From: Eledone cirrhosa | Lineage: Eukaryota | Direction of reading: 5' to 3' | Length of the DNA stretch: 64,000 nucleotides | Assembly (NCBI GenBank): GCA_964016885.1 | Contig: CAXHJY010000565.1 | Coordinates: forward strand, 124,634-188,633 | Shown here: positions 28,403 to 42,543 of the stretch, in pieces | Numbering within the stretch: position 1 is the first letter of the stretch | Layout: every line of letters begins with the position of its first letter | Notes under the pieces: model-generated | The model's input: only the letters and a program-made list of their open reading frames with translations | Database searches by the model: none | Told to the model about the DNA's origin: nothing | Made by a program: the position numbers and the translations under genes

Positions 28403-28960
28403 ATGCAAAAGTTTTATTTAAGATTGTTGGGTTACAACGAGTAAATATTTATAACTGATATAAAAGCACTAAACAGTTTCTAGAGTAGGTTTACGATATT
28501 AAACAAATGGAAACTATATTTATAAAACCATATTTATTTCGTTATATATATTTCTGGGATATCATATTAAAAATATGTTATGCCTTCCTCAGACAAAATA
28601 CAATACTTAAGCTGTTTTATAAATAATTAGTGACATACCTTGTGATAATGCAACTTCCTTTTAAAAAGTTGATTTGGTAGTGAAACTGTTATGATAGTTA
28701 TATAGAAAGAAAACGAAGATGAGAAGAAGAAGATGAAGAGATGTATGCAAATAAAAAAAAAGAAGAAGATGAAGAGATGTATGCAAAGAATAACAACGGA
28801 GCGAGATAGAGAGACAAGGAGAGAGAGAAATACATTGATGGTGAAAAAAACATAGTAGGCTGCTTTTTGACAGATGATCATCGTATATGTGAGAGGTTAA
28901 GGGAAGGGATACAGTTAAATTAGTGTATAGGAGAAAAAGAAAGAAAGATGATATGTTTAA
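28403..28960 (-). mobile_element. Solo 3' end (pLTR and tail) of the 57-64 kb PLE family; HHR at 28535-28600
   Basis: Reverse complement aligns with 59870-60338 and extends into the tail also seen at 56990-57077; tattttgt CTGAGGA...GAAA tatata TA acgaaata. Confidence 0.8.
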
Positions 28961-28972
28961 AATATATTAAAA

Positions 28973-29005
<33 letters not shown>

Positions 29006-29182
29006 AGTATATAAATATATATATATAAGTATATATATATAAGTATATAAATATATATATATAAGTATATAAATATATATATATAAGTATATAAATATAT
29101 ATATATAAGTATATAAATATATATATATAAGTATATAAATATATATATATAAGTATATAAATATATATATATAAGTATATAT

Positions 29183-29530
29183 TTTGAGTTTATGTTGGTT
29201 GTATACCAACACCTCAGTATGCAGGCTGGAGCACTCGACGAAGAGCGCAGGTTGGTTTGGTTACTCCGGAGTAGTGTAAAATAAAGTTAAATAAAAGTCA
29301 AATGATTAAAATTTAGCTTCGTTTATTACTGCTATATATATTTCAGTGACAGCCATCTTTGGCTGTGACCTCTTCAGGCAGTTTAAATTAGTATGGTATA
29401 GACAAGTACATATGTTATTTTCCAAACTGCCTGAAGAGGTCACAGCCAAAGATGGCTGTCACTGAAATATATATAGCAGTGATAAACGAAGTTAAATTTT
29501 AATCATTTGACTTTTATTTAACTTTATTTT
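29183..29530. mobile_element. Foldback with an intact HHR in each arm (29328-29382 minus, 29426-29480 plus)
   Basis: Arms 29278-29385 and 29423-29530; actgc CTGAAGA ggtcacagcca aaga tggctgtcact GAAA tatata TA gcagt. Confidence 0.85.
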
Positions 29531-29893
29531 ATATATAAGTATATATATATAAGTATATAAATATATATATATAAGTATATAAATATATATATATAAGTAT
29601 ATATATATAAGTATATAAATATATATATATAAGTATATATATATAAGTATATAAATATATATATATAAGTATATAAATATATATATATATATAAGTATAT
29701 AAATATATATATATAAGTATATATATATATAAGTATATAAATATATATATATAAGTATATATATATATAAGTATATAAATATATATATATAAGTATATAT
29801 ATATAAGTATATAAATATATATATATAAGTATATATATATAAGTATATAAATATATATATATATAAGTACATATATATAAATATATATATATA

Positions 29894-30253
29894 AGTATAA
29901 AGAAAAAGAGATGAAATCGAAAATGCAACGGGAGTCTTATTTTTTTTTTTAAATATATATATTTATTTGGTTCCTTTACCGGTTTCGCAGTTCTTCTGCT
30001 TTTCAAAAGTAGAGTTGAGATGGAGGGTCTGTGGTTTTTCTCACATCTGAGGAACCACAGACCCTCCATCTCAACTCTACTTTTGAAAAGCAGAAGAACT
30101 GCGAAACCGGTAAAGGAACCAAATAAATATATATATTTTTTTTTAAAATAAGACTCCAGTTGCATTTTCGATTTCATCTCTTTTTCTTTATACTTTCACT
30201 CGTGTAGGACACTTCGGTTATTTTTCAATTTGTAAAAGAAATCTCACTTTCTA
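29894..30253. mobile_element. Foldback of the U3-A8 HHR family with an HHR in each arm (29974-30009 minus, 30080-30115 plus)
   Basis: Arms 29894-30048 and 30053-30253; ctt TTGAAAA gcagaagaactgc GAAA ccgg TA aag. Confidence 0.85.
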
Positions 30254-30278
30254 ATATATAAGTATATATATATAAATA

Positions 30279-30376
<98 letters not shown>

Positions 30377-30451
30377 TATATATATATAAATATATATATA
30401 TATAAATATATATATATATAAATATATATATATAGATAAATATATATATAT

Positions 30452-33248
30452 ATTGGAATAAATGCTCTGAAATAGCGATATATATGTGAATATAGACATA
30501 GAATATTCGAAAATATTCTGTATGTTTATAATAAACATTTTGAAGACCTAATCGCTATAGAATAGAATACGTCACGTATTACAATTAGATTCTCGATAAA
30601 AGCAAGGGAAGTAATCTACGCGTTTCATTCTTGTTAGAAATCTTCAGGACTACATATCCAGTGCTTTTATCGAGAATGACACAGCTAGAGACTTATAGAA
30701 TACTTAGCTGTGTACAGGAACTGGTTTGAAAGAGCGGTTGCCGGTCCGGCAGAAATTAGGAATTGGAATAAATGCTCTGAAATAGCGATATATATGTGAA
30801 TATAGACATAGAATATTCGAAAATATTCTGTATGTTTATAATAAACATTTTGAAGACCTAATCGCTATAGAATAGAATACGTCACGTATTACAATTAGAT
30901 TCTCGATAAAGGCAAGGGAAGTAATCTACGCGTTTCATTCTTGTTAGAAATCTTCAGGACTACATATCCAGTGCTTTTATCGAGAATGACACAGCTAGAG
31001 ACTTATAGAATACTTAGCTGTGTACAGGAACTGGTTTGAAAGAGCGGTTGCCGGTCCGGCAGAAATTAGAAATTGGAATAAATGCTCTGAAATAGCGATA
31101 TATATGTGAATATAGACATAGAATATTCGAAAATATTCTGTATGTTTATAATAAACATTTTGAAGACCTAATCGCTATAGAATAGAATACGTCACGTATT
31201 ACAATTAGATTCTCGATAAAAGCAAGGGAAGTAATCTACGCGTTTCATTCTTGTTAGAAATCTTCAGGACTACATATCCAGTGCTTTTATCGAGAATGAC
31301 ACAGCTAGAGACTTATAGAATACTTAGCTGTGTACAGGAACTGGTTTGAAAGAGCGGTTGCCGGTCCGGCAGAAATTAGAAATTGGAATAAATGCTCTGA
31401 AATAGCGATATATATGTGAATATAGACATAGAATATTCGAAAATATTCTGTATGTTTATAATAAACATTTTGAAGACCTAATCGCTATAGAATAGAATAC
31501 GTCACGTATTACAATTAGATTCTCGATAAAAGCAAGGGAAGTAATCTACGCGTTTCATTCTTGTTAGAAATCTTCAGGACTACATATCCAGTGCTTTTAT
31601 CGAGAATGACACAGCTAGAGACTATTCTATAGCGATTAGGTCTTCAAAATGTTTATTATAAACATACAGAATATTTTCGAATATTCTATGTCTATATTCA
31701 CATATATATCGCTATTTCAGAGCATTTATTCCAATTTCTAATTTCTGCCGGACCGGCAACCGCTCTTTCAAACCAGTTCCTGTACACAGCTAAGTATTCT
31801 ATAAGTCTCTAGCTGTGTCATTCTCGATAAAAGCACTGGATATGTAGTCCTGAAGATTTCTAACAAGAATGAAACGCGTAGATTACTTCCCTTGCTTTTA
31901 TCGAGAATCTAATTGTAATACGTGACGTATTCTATTCTATAGCGATTAGGTCTTCAAAATGTTTATTATAAACATACAGAATATTTTCGAATATTCTATG
32001 TCTATATTCACATATATATCGCTATTTCAGAGCATTTATTCCAATTTCTAATTTCTGCCGGACCGGCAACCGCTCTTTCAAACCAGTTCCTGTACACAGC
32101 TAAGTATTCTATAAGTCTCTAGCTGTGTCATTCTCGATAAAAGCACTGGATATGTAGTCCTGAAGATTTCTAACAAGAATGAAACGCGTAGATTACTTCC
32201 CTTGCTTTTATCGAGAATCTAATTGTAATACGTGACGTATTCTATTCTATAGCGATTAGGTCTTCAAAATGTTTATTATAAACATACAGAATATTTTCGA
32301 ATATTCTATGTCTATATTCACATATATATCGCTATTTCAGAGCATTTATTCCAATTTCTAATTTCTGCCGGACCGGCAACCGCTCTTTCAAACCAGTTCC
32401 TGTACACAGCTAAGTATTCTATAAGTCTCTAGCTGTGTCATTCTCGATAAAAGCACTGGATATGTAGTCCTGAAGATTTCTAACAAGAATGAAACGCGTA
32501 GATTACTTCCCTTGCTTTTATCGAGAATCTAATTGTAATACGTGACGTATTCTATTCTGTAGCGATTAGGTCTTCAAAATGTTTATTATAAACATACAGA
32601 ATATTTTCGAATATTCTATGTCTATATTCACATATATATCGCTATTTCAGAGCATTTATTCCAATTTCTAATTTCTGCCGGACCGGCAACCGCTCTTTCA
32701 AACCAGTTCCTGTACACAGCTAAGTATTCTATAAGTCTCTAGCTGTGTCATTCTCGATAAAAGCACTGGATATGTAGTCCTGAAGATTTCTAACAAGAAT
32801 GAAACGCGTAGATTACTTCCCTTGCTTTTATCGAGAATCTAATTGTAATACGTGACGTATTCTATTCTATAGCGATTAGGTCTTCAAAATGTTTATTATA
32901 AACATACAGAATATTTTCGAATATTCTATGTCTATATTCACATATATATCGCTATTTCAGAGCATTTATTCCAATTTCTAATTTCTGCCGGACCGGCAAC
33001 CGCTCTTTCAAACCAGTTCCTGTACACAGCTAAGTATTCTATAAGTCTCTAGCTGTGTCATTCTCGATAAAAGCACTGGATATGTAGTCCTGAAGATTTC
33101 TAACAAGAATGAAACGCGTAGATTACTTCCCTTGCTTTTATCGAGAATCTAATTGTAATACGTGACGTATTCTATTCTATAGCGATTAGGTCTTCAAAAT
33201 GTTTATTATAAACATACAGAATATTTTCGAATATTCTATGTCTATATT

Positions 33249-33259
<11 letters not shown>
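30452..33259. mobile_element. Retrozyme-like array, 310-bp unit: ~3.8 units (HHR on minus) then ~5.3 inverted units (HHR on plus)
   Basis: Period 310 (30453, 30763, 31073, 31383); inversion junction at 31622-31623; nine HHRs; (TA)n flanks. Confidence 0.92.
31844..31886 (+). ncRNA. Type I hammerhead of the 310-bp unit (plus copies also at 32154, 32464, 32774, 33084; minus copies at 30611, 30921, 31231, 31541)
   Basis: gtagtc CTGAAGA t ttct aaca agaa t GAAA cgc GTA gattac; palindromic ACGCGT; helix I extended by a perfect 16-bp stem attctcgataaaagca/tgcttttatcgagaat. Confidence 0.9.
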
Positions 33260-33304
<45 letters not shown>

Positions 33305-33354
33305 TATATAAATATATATATATAAGTATATATATATAAATATATATATATAAG

Positions 33355-33386
<32 letters not shown>

Positions 33387-33452
33387 AATATTTATATATA
33401 TATATATATAAATATATCTATATATATAAGTATATAAATATATATATATAAG

Positions 33453-33484
<32 letters not shown>

Positions 33485-33589
33485 ACAATATAAATATATA
33501 TATATATATATATAACAATATAAATATATATATATATAAGTATATAAATATATATATATATATATATATAAGTATATAAATATATATAT

Positions 33590-36500
33590 ATAAAAACAAA
33601 TAACGAAACGAAATTAAATTTCGTTTCGTTTGTAACTCACTTTTGTATGACTGACGCTTAAACAATTAAATTAAAAATGTACATCCACATATGTATACTG
33701 AAATACTAGTATGCATATGAATACACACACGTGTACATATGTAGATGTACCGAGTTTTTCACTGGACACTTTACTGTGAGTGTCCAGCTATTCTGTATGT
33801 AAACACACAGACAAACCGGTTTTTAGAGTCATACTGGTTTTCGAGGAAACACCTTTCCTCTATTCTCCAGAAAGCCAGACAAGGAATATTGGACTAGTTT
33901 CGATGTTGTTACATCTCATCAGCAATATTTACCTATCTTCCGGCCTTTCTAGAGAATCGTAAAAGCACATATCGTTATATGCTTTTTCTATGAAAATTAG
34001 TAGTGGGCAGACTAATTTGCATAGAGCGTGAGTACGTACCGGTTCAGCGGAGACGATAAAAACAAATAACGAAACGAAATTAAATTTCGTTTCGTTTGTA
34101 ACTCACTTTTGTATGACTGACGCTTAAACAATTAAATTAAAAATGTACATCCACATATGTATACTGAAATACTAGTATGCATATGAATACACACACGTGT
34201 ACATATGTAGATGTACCGAGTTTTTCACTGGACACTTTACTGTGAGTGTCCAGCTATTCTGTATGTAAACACACAGACAAACCGGTTTTTAGAGTCATAC
34301 TGGTTTTCGAGGAAACACCTTTCCTCTATTCTCCAGAAAGCCAGACAAGGAATATTGGACTAGTTTCGATGTTGTTACATCTCATCAGCAATATTTACCT
34401 ATCTTCCGGCCTTTCTAGAGAATCGTAAAAGCACATATCGTTATATGCTTTTTCTATGAAAATTAGTAGTGGGCAGACTAATTTGCATAGAGCGTGAGTA
34501 CGTACCGGTTCAGCGGAGACGATAAAAACAAATAACGAAACGAAATTAAATTTCGTTTCGTTTGTAACTCACTTTTGTATGACTGACGCTTAAACAATTA
34601 AATTAAAAATGTACATCCACATATGTATACTGAAATACTAGTATGCATATGAATACACACACGTGTACATATGTAGATGTACCGAGTTTTTCACTGGACA
34701 CTTTACTGTGAGTGTCCAGCTATTCTGTATGTAAACACACAGACAAACCGGTTTTTAGAGTCATACTGGTTTTCGAGGAAACACCTTTCCTCTATTCTCC
34801 AGAAAGCCAGACAAGGAATATTGGACTAGTTTCGATGTTGTTACATCTCATCAGCAATATTTACCTATCTTCCGGCCTTTCTAGAGAATCGTAAAAGCAC
34901 ATATCGTTATATGCTTTTTCTATGAAAATTAGTAGTGGGCAGACTAATTTGCATAGAGCGTGAGTACGTACCGGTTCAGCGGAGACGATAAAAACAAATA
35001 ACGAAACGAAATTAAATTTCGTTTCGTTTGTAACTCACTTTTGTATGACTGACGCTTAAACAATTAAATTAAAAATGTACATCCACATATGTATACTGAA
35101 ATACTAGTATGCATATGAATACACACACGTGTACATATGTAGATGTACCGAGTTTTTCACTGGACACTTTACTGTGAGTGTCCAGCTATTCTGTATGTAA
35201 ACACACAGACAAACCGGTTTTTAGAGTCATACTGGTTTTCGAGGAAACACCTTTCCTCTATTCTCCAGAAAGCCAGACAAGGAATATTGGACTAGTTTCG
35301 ATGTTGTTACATCTCATCAGCAATATTTACCTATCTTCCGGCCTTTCTAGAGAATCGTAAAAGCACATATCGTTATATGCTTTTTCTATGAAAATTAGTA
35401 GTGGGCAGACTAATTTGCATAGAGCGTGAGTACGTACCGGTTCAGCGGAGACGATAAAAACAAATAACGAAACGAAATTAAATTTCGTTTCGTTTGTAAC
35501 TCACTTTTGTATGACTGACGCTTAAACAATTAAATTAAAAATGTACATCCACATATGTATACTGAAATACTAGTATGCATATGAATACACACACGTGTAC
35601 ATATGTAGATGTACCGAGTTTTTCACTGGACACTTTACTGTGAGTGTCCAGCTATTCTGTATGTAAACACACAGACAAACCGGTTTTTAGAGTCATACTG
35701 GTTTTCGAGGAAACACCTTTCCTCTATTCTCCAGAAAGCCAGACAAGGAATATTGGACTAGTTTCGATGTTGTTACATCTCATCAGCAATATTTACCTAT
35801 CTTCCGGCCTTTCTAGAGAATCGTAAAAGCACATATCGTTATATGCTTTTTCTATGAAAATTAGTAGTGGGCAGACTAATTTGCATAGAGCGTGAGTACG
35901 TACCGGTTCAGCGGAGACGATAAAAACAAATAACGAAACGAAATTAAATTTCGTTTCGTTTGTAACTCACTTTTGTATGACTGACGCTTAAACAATTAAA
36001 TTAAAAATGTACATCCACATATGTATACTGAAATACTAGTATGCATATGAATACACACACGTGTACATATGTAGATGTACCGAGTTTTTCACTGGACACT
36101 TTACTGTGAGTGTCCAGCTATTCTGTATGTAAACACACAGACAAACCGGTTTTTAGAGTCATACTGGTTTTCGAGGAAACACCTTTCCTCTATTCTCCAG
36201 AAAGCCAGACAAGGAATATTGGACTAGTTTCGATGTTGTTACATCTCATCAGCAATATTTACCTATCTTCCGGCCTTTCTAGAGAATCGTAAAAGCACAT
36301 ATCGTTATATGCTTTTTCTATGAAAATTAGTAGTGGGCAGACTAATTTGCATAGAGCGTGAGTACGTACCGGTTCAGCGGAGACGATAAAAACAAATAAC
36401 GAAACGAAATTAAATTTCGTTTCGTTTGTAACTCACTTTTGTATGACTGACGCTTAAACAATTAAATTAAAAATGTACATCCACATATGTATACTGAAAT

Positions 36501-39500
36501 ACTAGTATGCATATGAATACACACACGTGTACATATGTAGATGTACCGAGTTTTTCACTGGACACTTTACTGTGAGTGTCCAGCTATTCTGTATGTAAAC
36601 ACACAGACAAACCGGTTTTTAGAGTCATACTGGTTTTCGAGGAAACACCTTTCCTCTATTCTCCAGAAAGCCAGACAAGGAATATTGGACTAGTTTCGAT
36701 GTTGTTACATCTCATCAGCAATATTTACCTATCTTCCGGCCTTTCTAGAGAATCGTAAAAGCACATATCGTTATATGCTTTTTCTATGAAAATTAGTAGT
36801 GGGCAGACTAATTTGCATAGAGCGTGAGTACGTACCGGTTCAGCGGAGACGATAAAAACAAATAACGAAACGAAATTAAATTTCGTTTCGTTTGTAACTC
36901 ACTTTTGTATGACTGACGCTTAAACAATTAAATTAAAAATGTACATCCACATATGTATACTGAAATACTAGTATGCATATGAATACACACACGTGTACAT
37001 ATGTAGATGTACCGAGTTTTTCACTGGACACTTTACTGTGAGTGTCCAGCTATTCTGTATGTAAACACACAGACAAACCGGTTTTTAGAGTCATACTGGT
37101 TTTCGAGGAAACACCTTTCCTCTATTCTCCAGAAAGCCAGACAAGGAATATTGGACTAGTTTCGATGTTGTTACATCTCATCAGCAATATTTACCTATCT
37201 TCCGGCCTTTCTAGAGAATCGTAAAAGCACATATCGTTATATGCTTTTTCTATGAAAATTAGTAGTGGGCAGACTAATTTGCATAGAGCGTGAGTACGTA
37301 CCGGTTCAGCGGAGACGATAAAAACAAATAACGAAACGAAATTAAATTTCGTTTCGTTTGTAACTCACTTTTGTATGACTGACGCTTAAACAATTAAATT
37401 AAAAATGTACATCCACATATGTATACTGAAATACTAGTATGCATATGAATACACACACGTGTACATATGTAGATGTACCGAGTTTTTCACTGGACACTTT
37501 ACTGTGAGTGTCCAGCTATTCTGTATGTAAACACACAGACAAACCGGTTTTTAGAGTCATACTGGTTTTCGAGGAAACACCTTTCCTCTATTCTCCAGAA
37601 AGCCAGACAAGGAATATTGGACTAGTTTCGATGTTGTTACATCTCATCAGCAATATTTACCTATCTTCCGGCCTTTCTAGAGAATCGTAAAAGCACATAT
37701 CGTTATATGCTTTTTCTATGAAAATTAGTAGTGGGCAGACTAATTTGCATAGAGCGTGAGTACGTACCGGTTCAGCGGAGACGATAAAAACAAATAACGA
37801 AACGAAATTAAATTTCGTTTCGTTTGTAACTCACTTTTGTATGACTGACGCTTAAACAATTAAATTAAAAATGTGTGTTTACATACAGAATAGCTGGACA
37901 CTCACAGTAAAGTGTCCAGTGAAAAACTCGGTACATCTACATATGTACACGTGTGTGTATTCATATGCATACTAGTATTTCAGTATACATATGTGGATGT
38001 ACATTTTTAATTTAATTGTTTAAGCGTCAGTCATACAAAAGTGAGTTACAAACGAAACGAAATTTAATTTCGTTTCGTTATTTGTTTTTATCGTCTCCGC
38101 TGAACCGGTACGTACTCACGCTCTATGCAAATTAGTCTGCCCACTACTAATTTTCATAGAAAAAGCATATAACGATATGTGCTTTTACGATTCTCTAGAA
38201 AGGCCGGAAGATAGGTAAATATTGCTGATGAGATGTAACAACATCGAAACTAGTCCAATATTCCTTGTCTGGCTTTCTGGAGAATAGAGGAAAGGTGTTT
38301 CCTCGAAAACCAGTATGACTCTAAAAACCGGTTTGTCTGTGTGTTTACATACAGAATAGCTGGACACTCACAGTAAAGTGTCCAGTGAAAAACTCGGTAC
38401 ATCTACATATGTACACGTGTGTGTATTCATATGCATACTAGTATTTCAGTATACATATGTGGATGTACATTTTTAATTTAATTGTTTAAGCGTCAGTCAT
38501 ACAAAAGTGAGTTACAAACGAAACGAAATTTAATTTCGTTTCGTTATTTGTTTTTATCGTCTCCGCTGAACCGGTACGTACTCACGCTCTATGCAAATTA
38601 GTCTGCCCACTACTAATTTTCATAGAAAAAGCATATAACGATATGTGCTTTTACGATTCTCTAGAAAGGCCGGAAGATAGGTAAATATTGCTGATGAGAT
38701 GTAACAACATCGAAACTAGTCCAATATTCCTTGTCTGGCTTTCTGGAGAATAGAGGAAAGGTGTTTCCTCGAAAACCAGTATGACTCTAAAAACCGGTTT
38801 GTCTGTGTGTTTACATACAGAATAGCTGGACACTCACAGTAAAGTGTCCAGTGAAAAACTCGGTACATCTACATATGTACACGTGTGTGTATTCATATGC
38901 ATACTAGTATTTCAGTATACATATGTGGATGTACATTTTTAATTTAATTGTTTAAGCGTCAGTCATACAAAAGTGAGTTACAAACGAAACGAAATTTAAT
39001 TTCGTTTCGTTATTTGTTTTTATCGTCTCCGCTGAACCGGTACGTACTCACGCTCTATGCAAATTAGTCTGCCCACTACTAATTTTCATAGAAAAAGCAT
39101 ATAACGATATGTGCTTTTACGATTCTCTAGAAAGGCCGGAAGATAGGTAAATATTGCTGATGAGATGTAACAACATCGAAACTAGTCCAATATTCCTTGT
39201 CTGGCTTTCTGGAGAATAGAGGAAAGGTGTTTCCTCGAAAACCAGTATGACTCTAAAAACCGGTTTGTCTGTGTGTTTACATACAGAATAGCTGGACACT
39301 CACAGTAAAGTGTCCAGTGAAAAACTCGGTACATCTACATATGTACACGTGTGTGTATTCATATGCATACTAGTATTTCAGTATACATATGTGGATGTAC
39401 ATTTTTAATTTAATTGTTTAAGCGTCAGTCATACAAAAGTGAGTTACAAACGAAACGAAATTTAATTTCGTTTCGTTATTTGTTTTTATCGTCTCCGCTG

Positions 39501-41295
39501 AACCGGTACGTACTCACGCTCTATGCAAATTAGTCTGCCCACTACTAATTTTCATAGAAAAAGCATATAACGATATGTGCTTTTACGATTCTCTAGAAAG
39601 GCCGGAAGATAGGTAAATATTGCTGATGAGATGTAACAACATCGAAACTAGTCCAATATTCCTTGTCTGGCTTTCTGGAGAATAGAGGAAAGGTGTTTCC
39701 TCGAAAACCAGTATGACTCTAAAAACCGGTTTGTCTGTGTGTTTACATACAGAATAGCTGGACACTCACAGTAAAGTGTCCAGTGAAAAACTCGGTACAT
39801 CTACATATGTACACGTGTGTGTATTCATATGCATACTAGTATTTCAGTATACATATGTGGATGTACATTTTTAATTTAATTGTTTAAGCGTCAGTCATAC
39901 AAAAGTGAGTTACAAACGAAACGAAATTTAATTTCGTTTCGTTATTTGTTTTTATCGTCTCCGCTGAACCGGTACGTACTCACGCTCTATGCAAATTAGT
40001 CTGCCCACTACTAATTTTCATAGAAAAAGCATATAACGATATGTGCTTTTACGATTCTCTAGAAAGGCCGGAAGATAGGTAAATATTGCTGATGAGATGT
40101 AACAACATCGAAACTAGTCCAATATTCCTTGTCTGGCTTTCTGGAGAATAGAGGAAAGGTGTTTCCTCGAAAACCAGTATGACTCTAAAAACCGGTTTGT
40201 CTGTGTGTTTACATACAGAATAGCTGGACACTCACAGTAAAGTGTCCAGTGAAAAACTCGGTACATCTACATATGTACACGTGTGTGTATTCATATGCAT
40301 ACTAGTATTTCAGTATACATATGTGGATGTACATTTTTAATTTAATTGTTTAAGCGTCAGTCATACAAAAGTGAGTTACAAACGAAACGAAATTTAATTT
40401 CGTTTCGTTATTTGTTTTTATCGTCTCCGCTGAACCGGTACGTACTCACGCTCTATGCAAATTAGTCTGCCCACTACTAATTTTCATAGAAAAAGCATAT
40501 AACGATATGTGCTTTTACGATTCTCTAGAAAGGCCGGAAGATAGGTAAATATTGCTGATGAGATGTAACAACATCGAAACTAGTCCAATATTCCTTGTCT
40601 GGCTTTCTGGAGAATAGAGGAAAGGTGTTTCCTCGAAAACCAGTATGACTCTAAAAACCGGTTTGTCTGTGTGTTTACATACAGAATAGCTGGACACTCA
40701 CAGTAAAGTGTCCAGTGAAAAACTCGGTACATCTACATATGTACACGTGTGTGTATTCATATGCATACTAGTATTTCAGTATACATATGTGGATGTACAT
40801 TTTTAATTTAATTGTTTAAGCGTCAGTCATACAAAAGTGAGTTACAAACGAAACGAAATTTAATTTCGTTTCGTTATTTGTTTTTATCGTCTCCGCTGAA
40901 CCGGTACGTACTCACGCTCTATGCAAATTAGTCTGCCCACTACTAATTTTCATAGAAAAAGCATATAACGATATGTGCTTTTACGATTCTCTAGAAAGGC
41001 CGGAAGATAGGTAAATATTGCTGATGAGATGTAACAACATCGAAACTAGTCCAATATTCCTTGTCTGGCTTTCTGGAGAATAGAGGAAAGGTGTTTCCTC
41101 GAAAACCAGTATGACTCTAAAAACCGGTTTGTCTGTGTGTTTACATACAGAATAGCTGGACACTCACAGTAAAGTGTCCAGTGAAAAACTCGGTACATCT
41201 ACATATGTACACGTGTGTGTATTCATATGCATACTAGTATTTCAGTATACATATGTGGATGTACATTTTTAATTTAATTGTTTTTTAATTTAATT
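33590..41295. mobile_element. Retrozyme-like array, 466-bp unit: ~9.2 units (HHR on minus) then ~7.3 inverted units (HHR on plus)
   Basis: Period 466 (the ORF track repeats 9 times on plus and 7 on minus); junction TGT at 37872-37874; 16 HHRs; (TA)n flanks. Confidence 0.93.
38218..38262 (+). ncRNA. Type I hammerhead of the 466-bp unit (every 466 bp; first minus copy 33885-33929)
   Basis: aatattg CTGATGA gatgt aaca acatc GAAA cta GTC caatatt; canonical core, GUC site at 38255, palindromic ACTAGT. Confidence 0.93.
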
Positions 41296-42168
<873 letters not shown>

Positions 42169-42520
42169 TTAATAAGAGGAATTCGAACTTTGTCTGATTT
42201 ACTCGTTTTATTTACAATCCTTTAAAATATATAATGGTATTATAATGAAATAGTATGATAGAATATTAAATTCTAAGTGTTAATTGAACAAGTACTTTCA
42301 TGCTTTCGCAATCTTCAGGTTCATAATATGTGGTGACAGTCAAGTTTGCAAATGCAAACTTGACTGTCAATTAACACTTAGAATTTAATATTCTATCATA
42401 CTATTTCATTATAATACCATTATATATTTTAAAGGATTGTAAATAAAACGAGTAAATCAGACAAAGTTGGAATTCCTCTTATTAATATAATCTTCTATAC
42501 ACAATCATACACACCCGTGT
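42169..42520. mobile_element. Foldback element with ~118-bp arms and an HHR
   Basis: 42169-42287 is the reverse complement of 42367-42486; extra hairpin gacagtcaagtttgca-aa-tgcaaacttgactgtc. Confidence 0.85.
42285..42323 (-). ncRNA. Minimal type I hammerhead ribozyme
   Basis: Minus strand: tgaac CTGAAGA t tgc gaaa gca t GAAA gtac TT gttca; palindromic AGTACT; CUU cleavage triplet. Confidence 0.8.
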
Positions 42521-42543
42521 ATATTTACCTATCTATCTATATA

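Noticed and set aside
33780-41163. Sixteen identical 60-aa ORFs
   Set aside because: GTG-start frame antisense to the ribozyme, with no recognisable domain; a by-product of the repeat.
30452-41295. CRISPR array or ordinary centromeric satellite
   Set aside because: No unique spacers or cas genes, and the context is eukaryotic; one HHR per unit, the central inversion and TA flanks fit a retroelement origin better.
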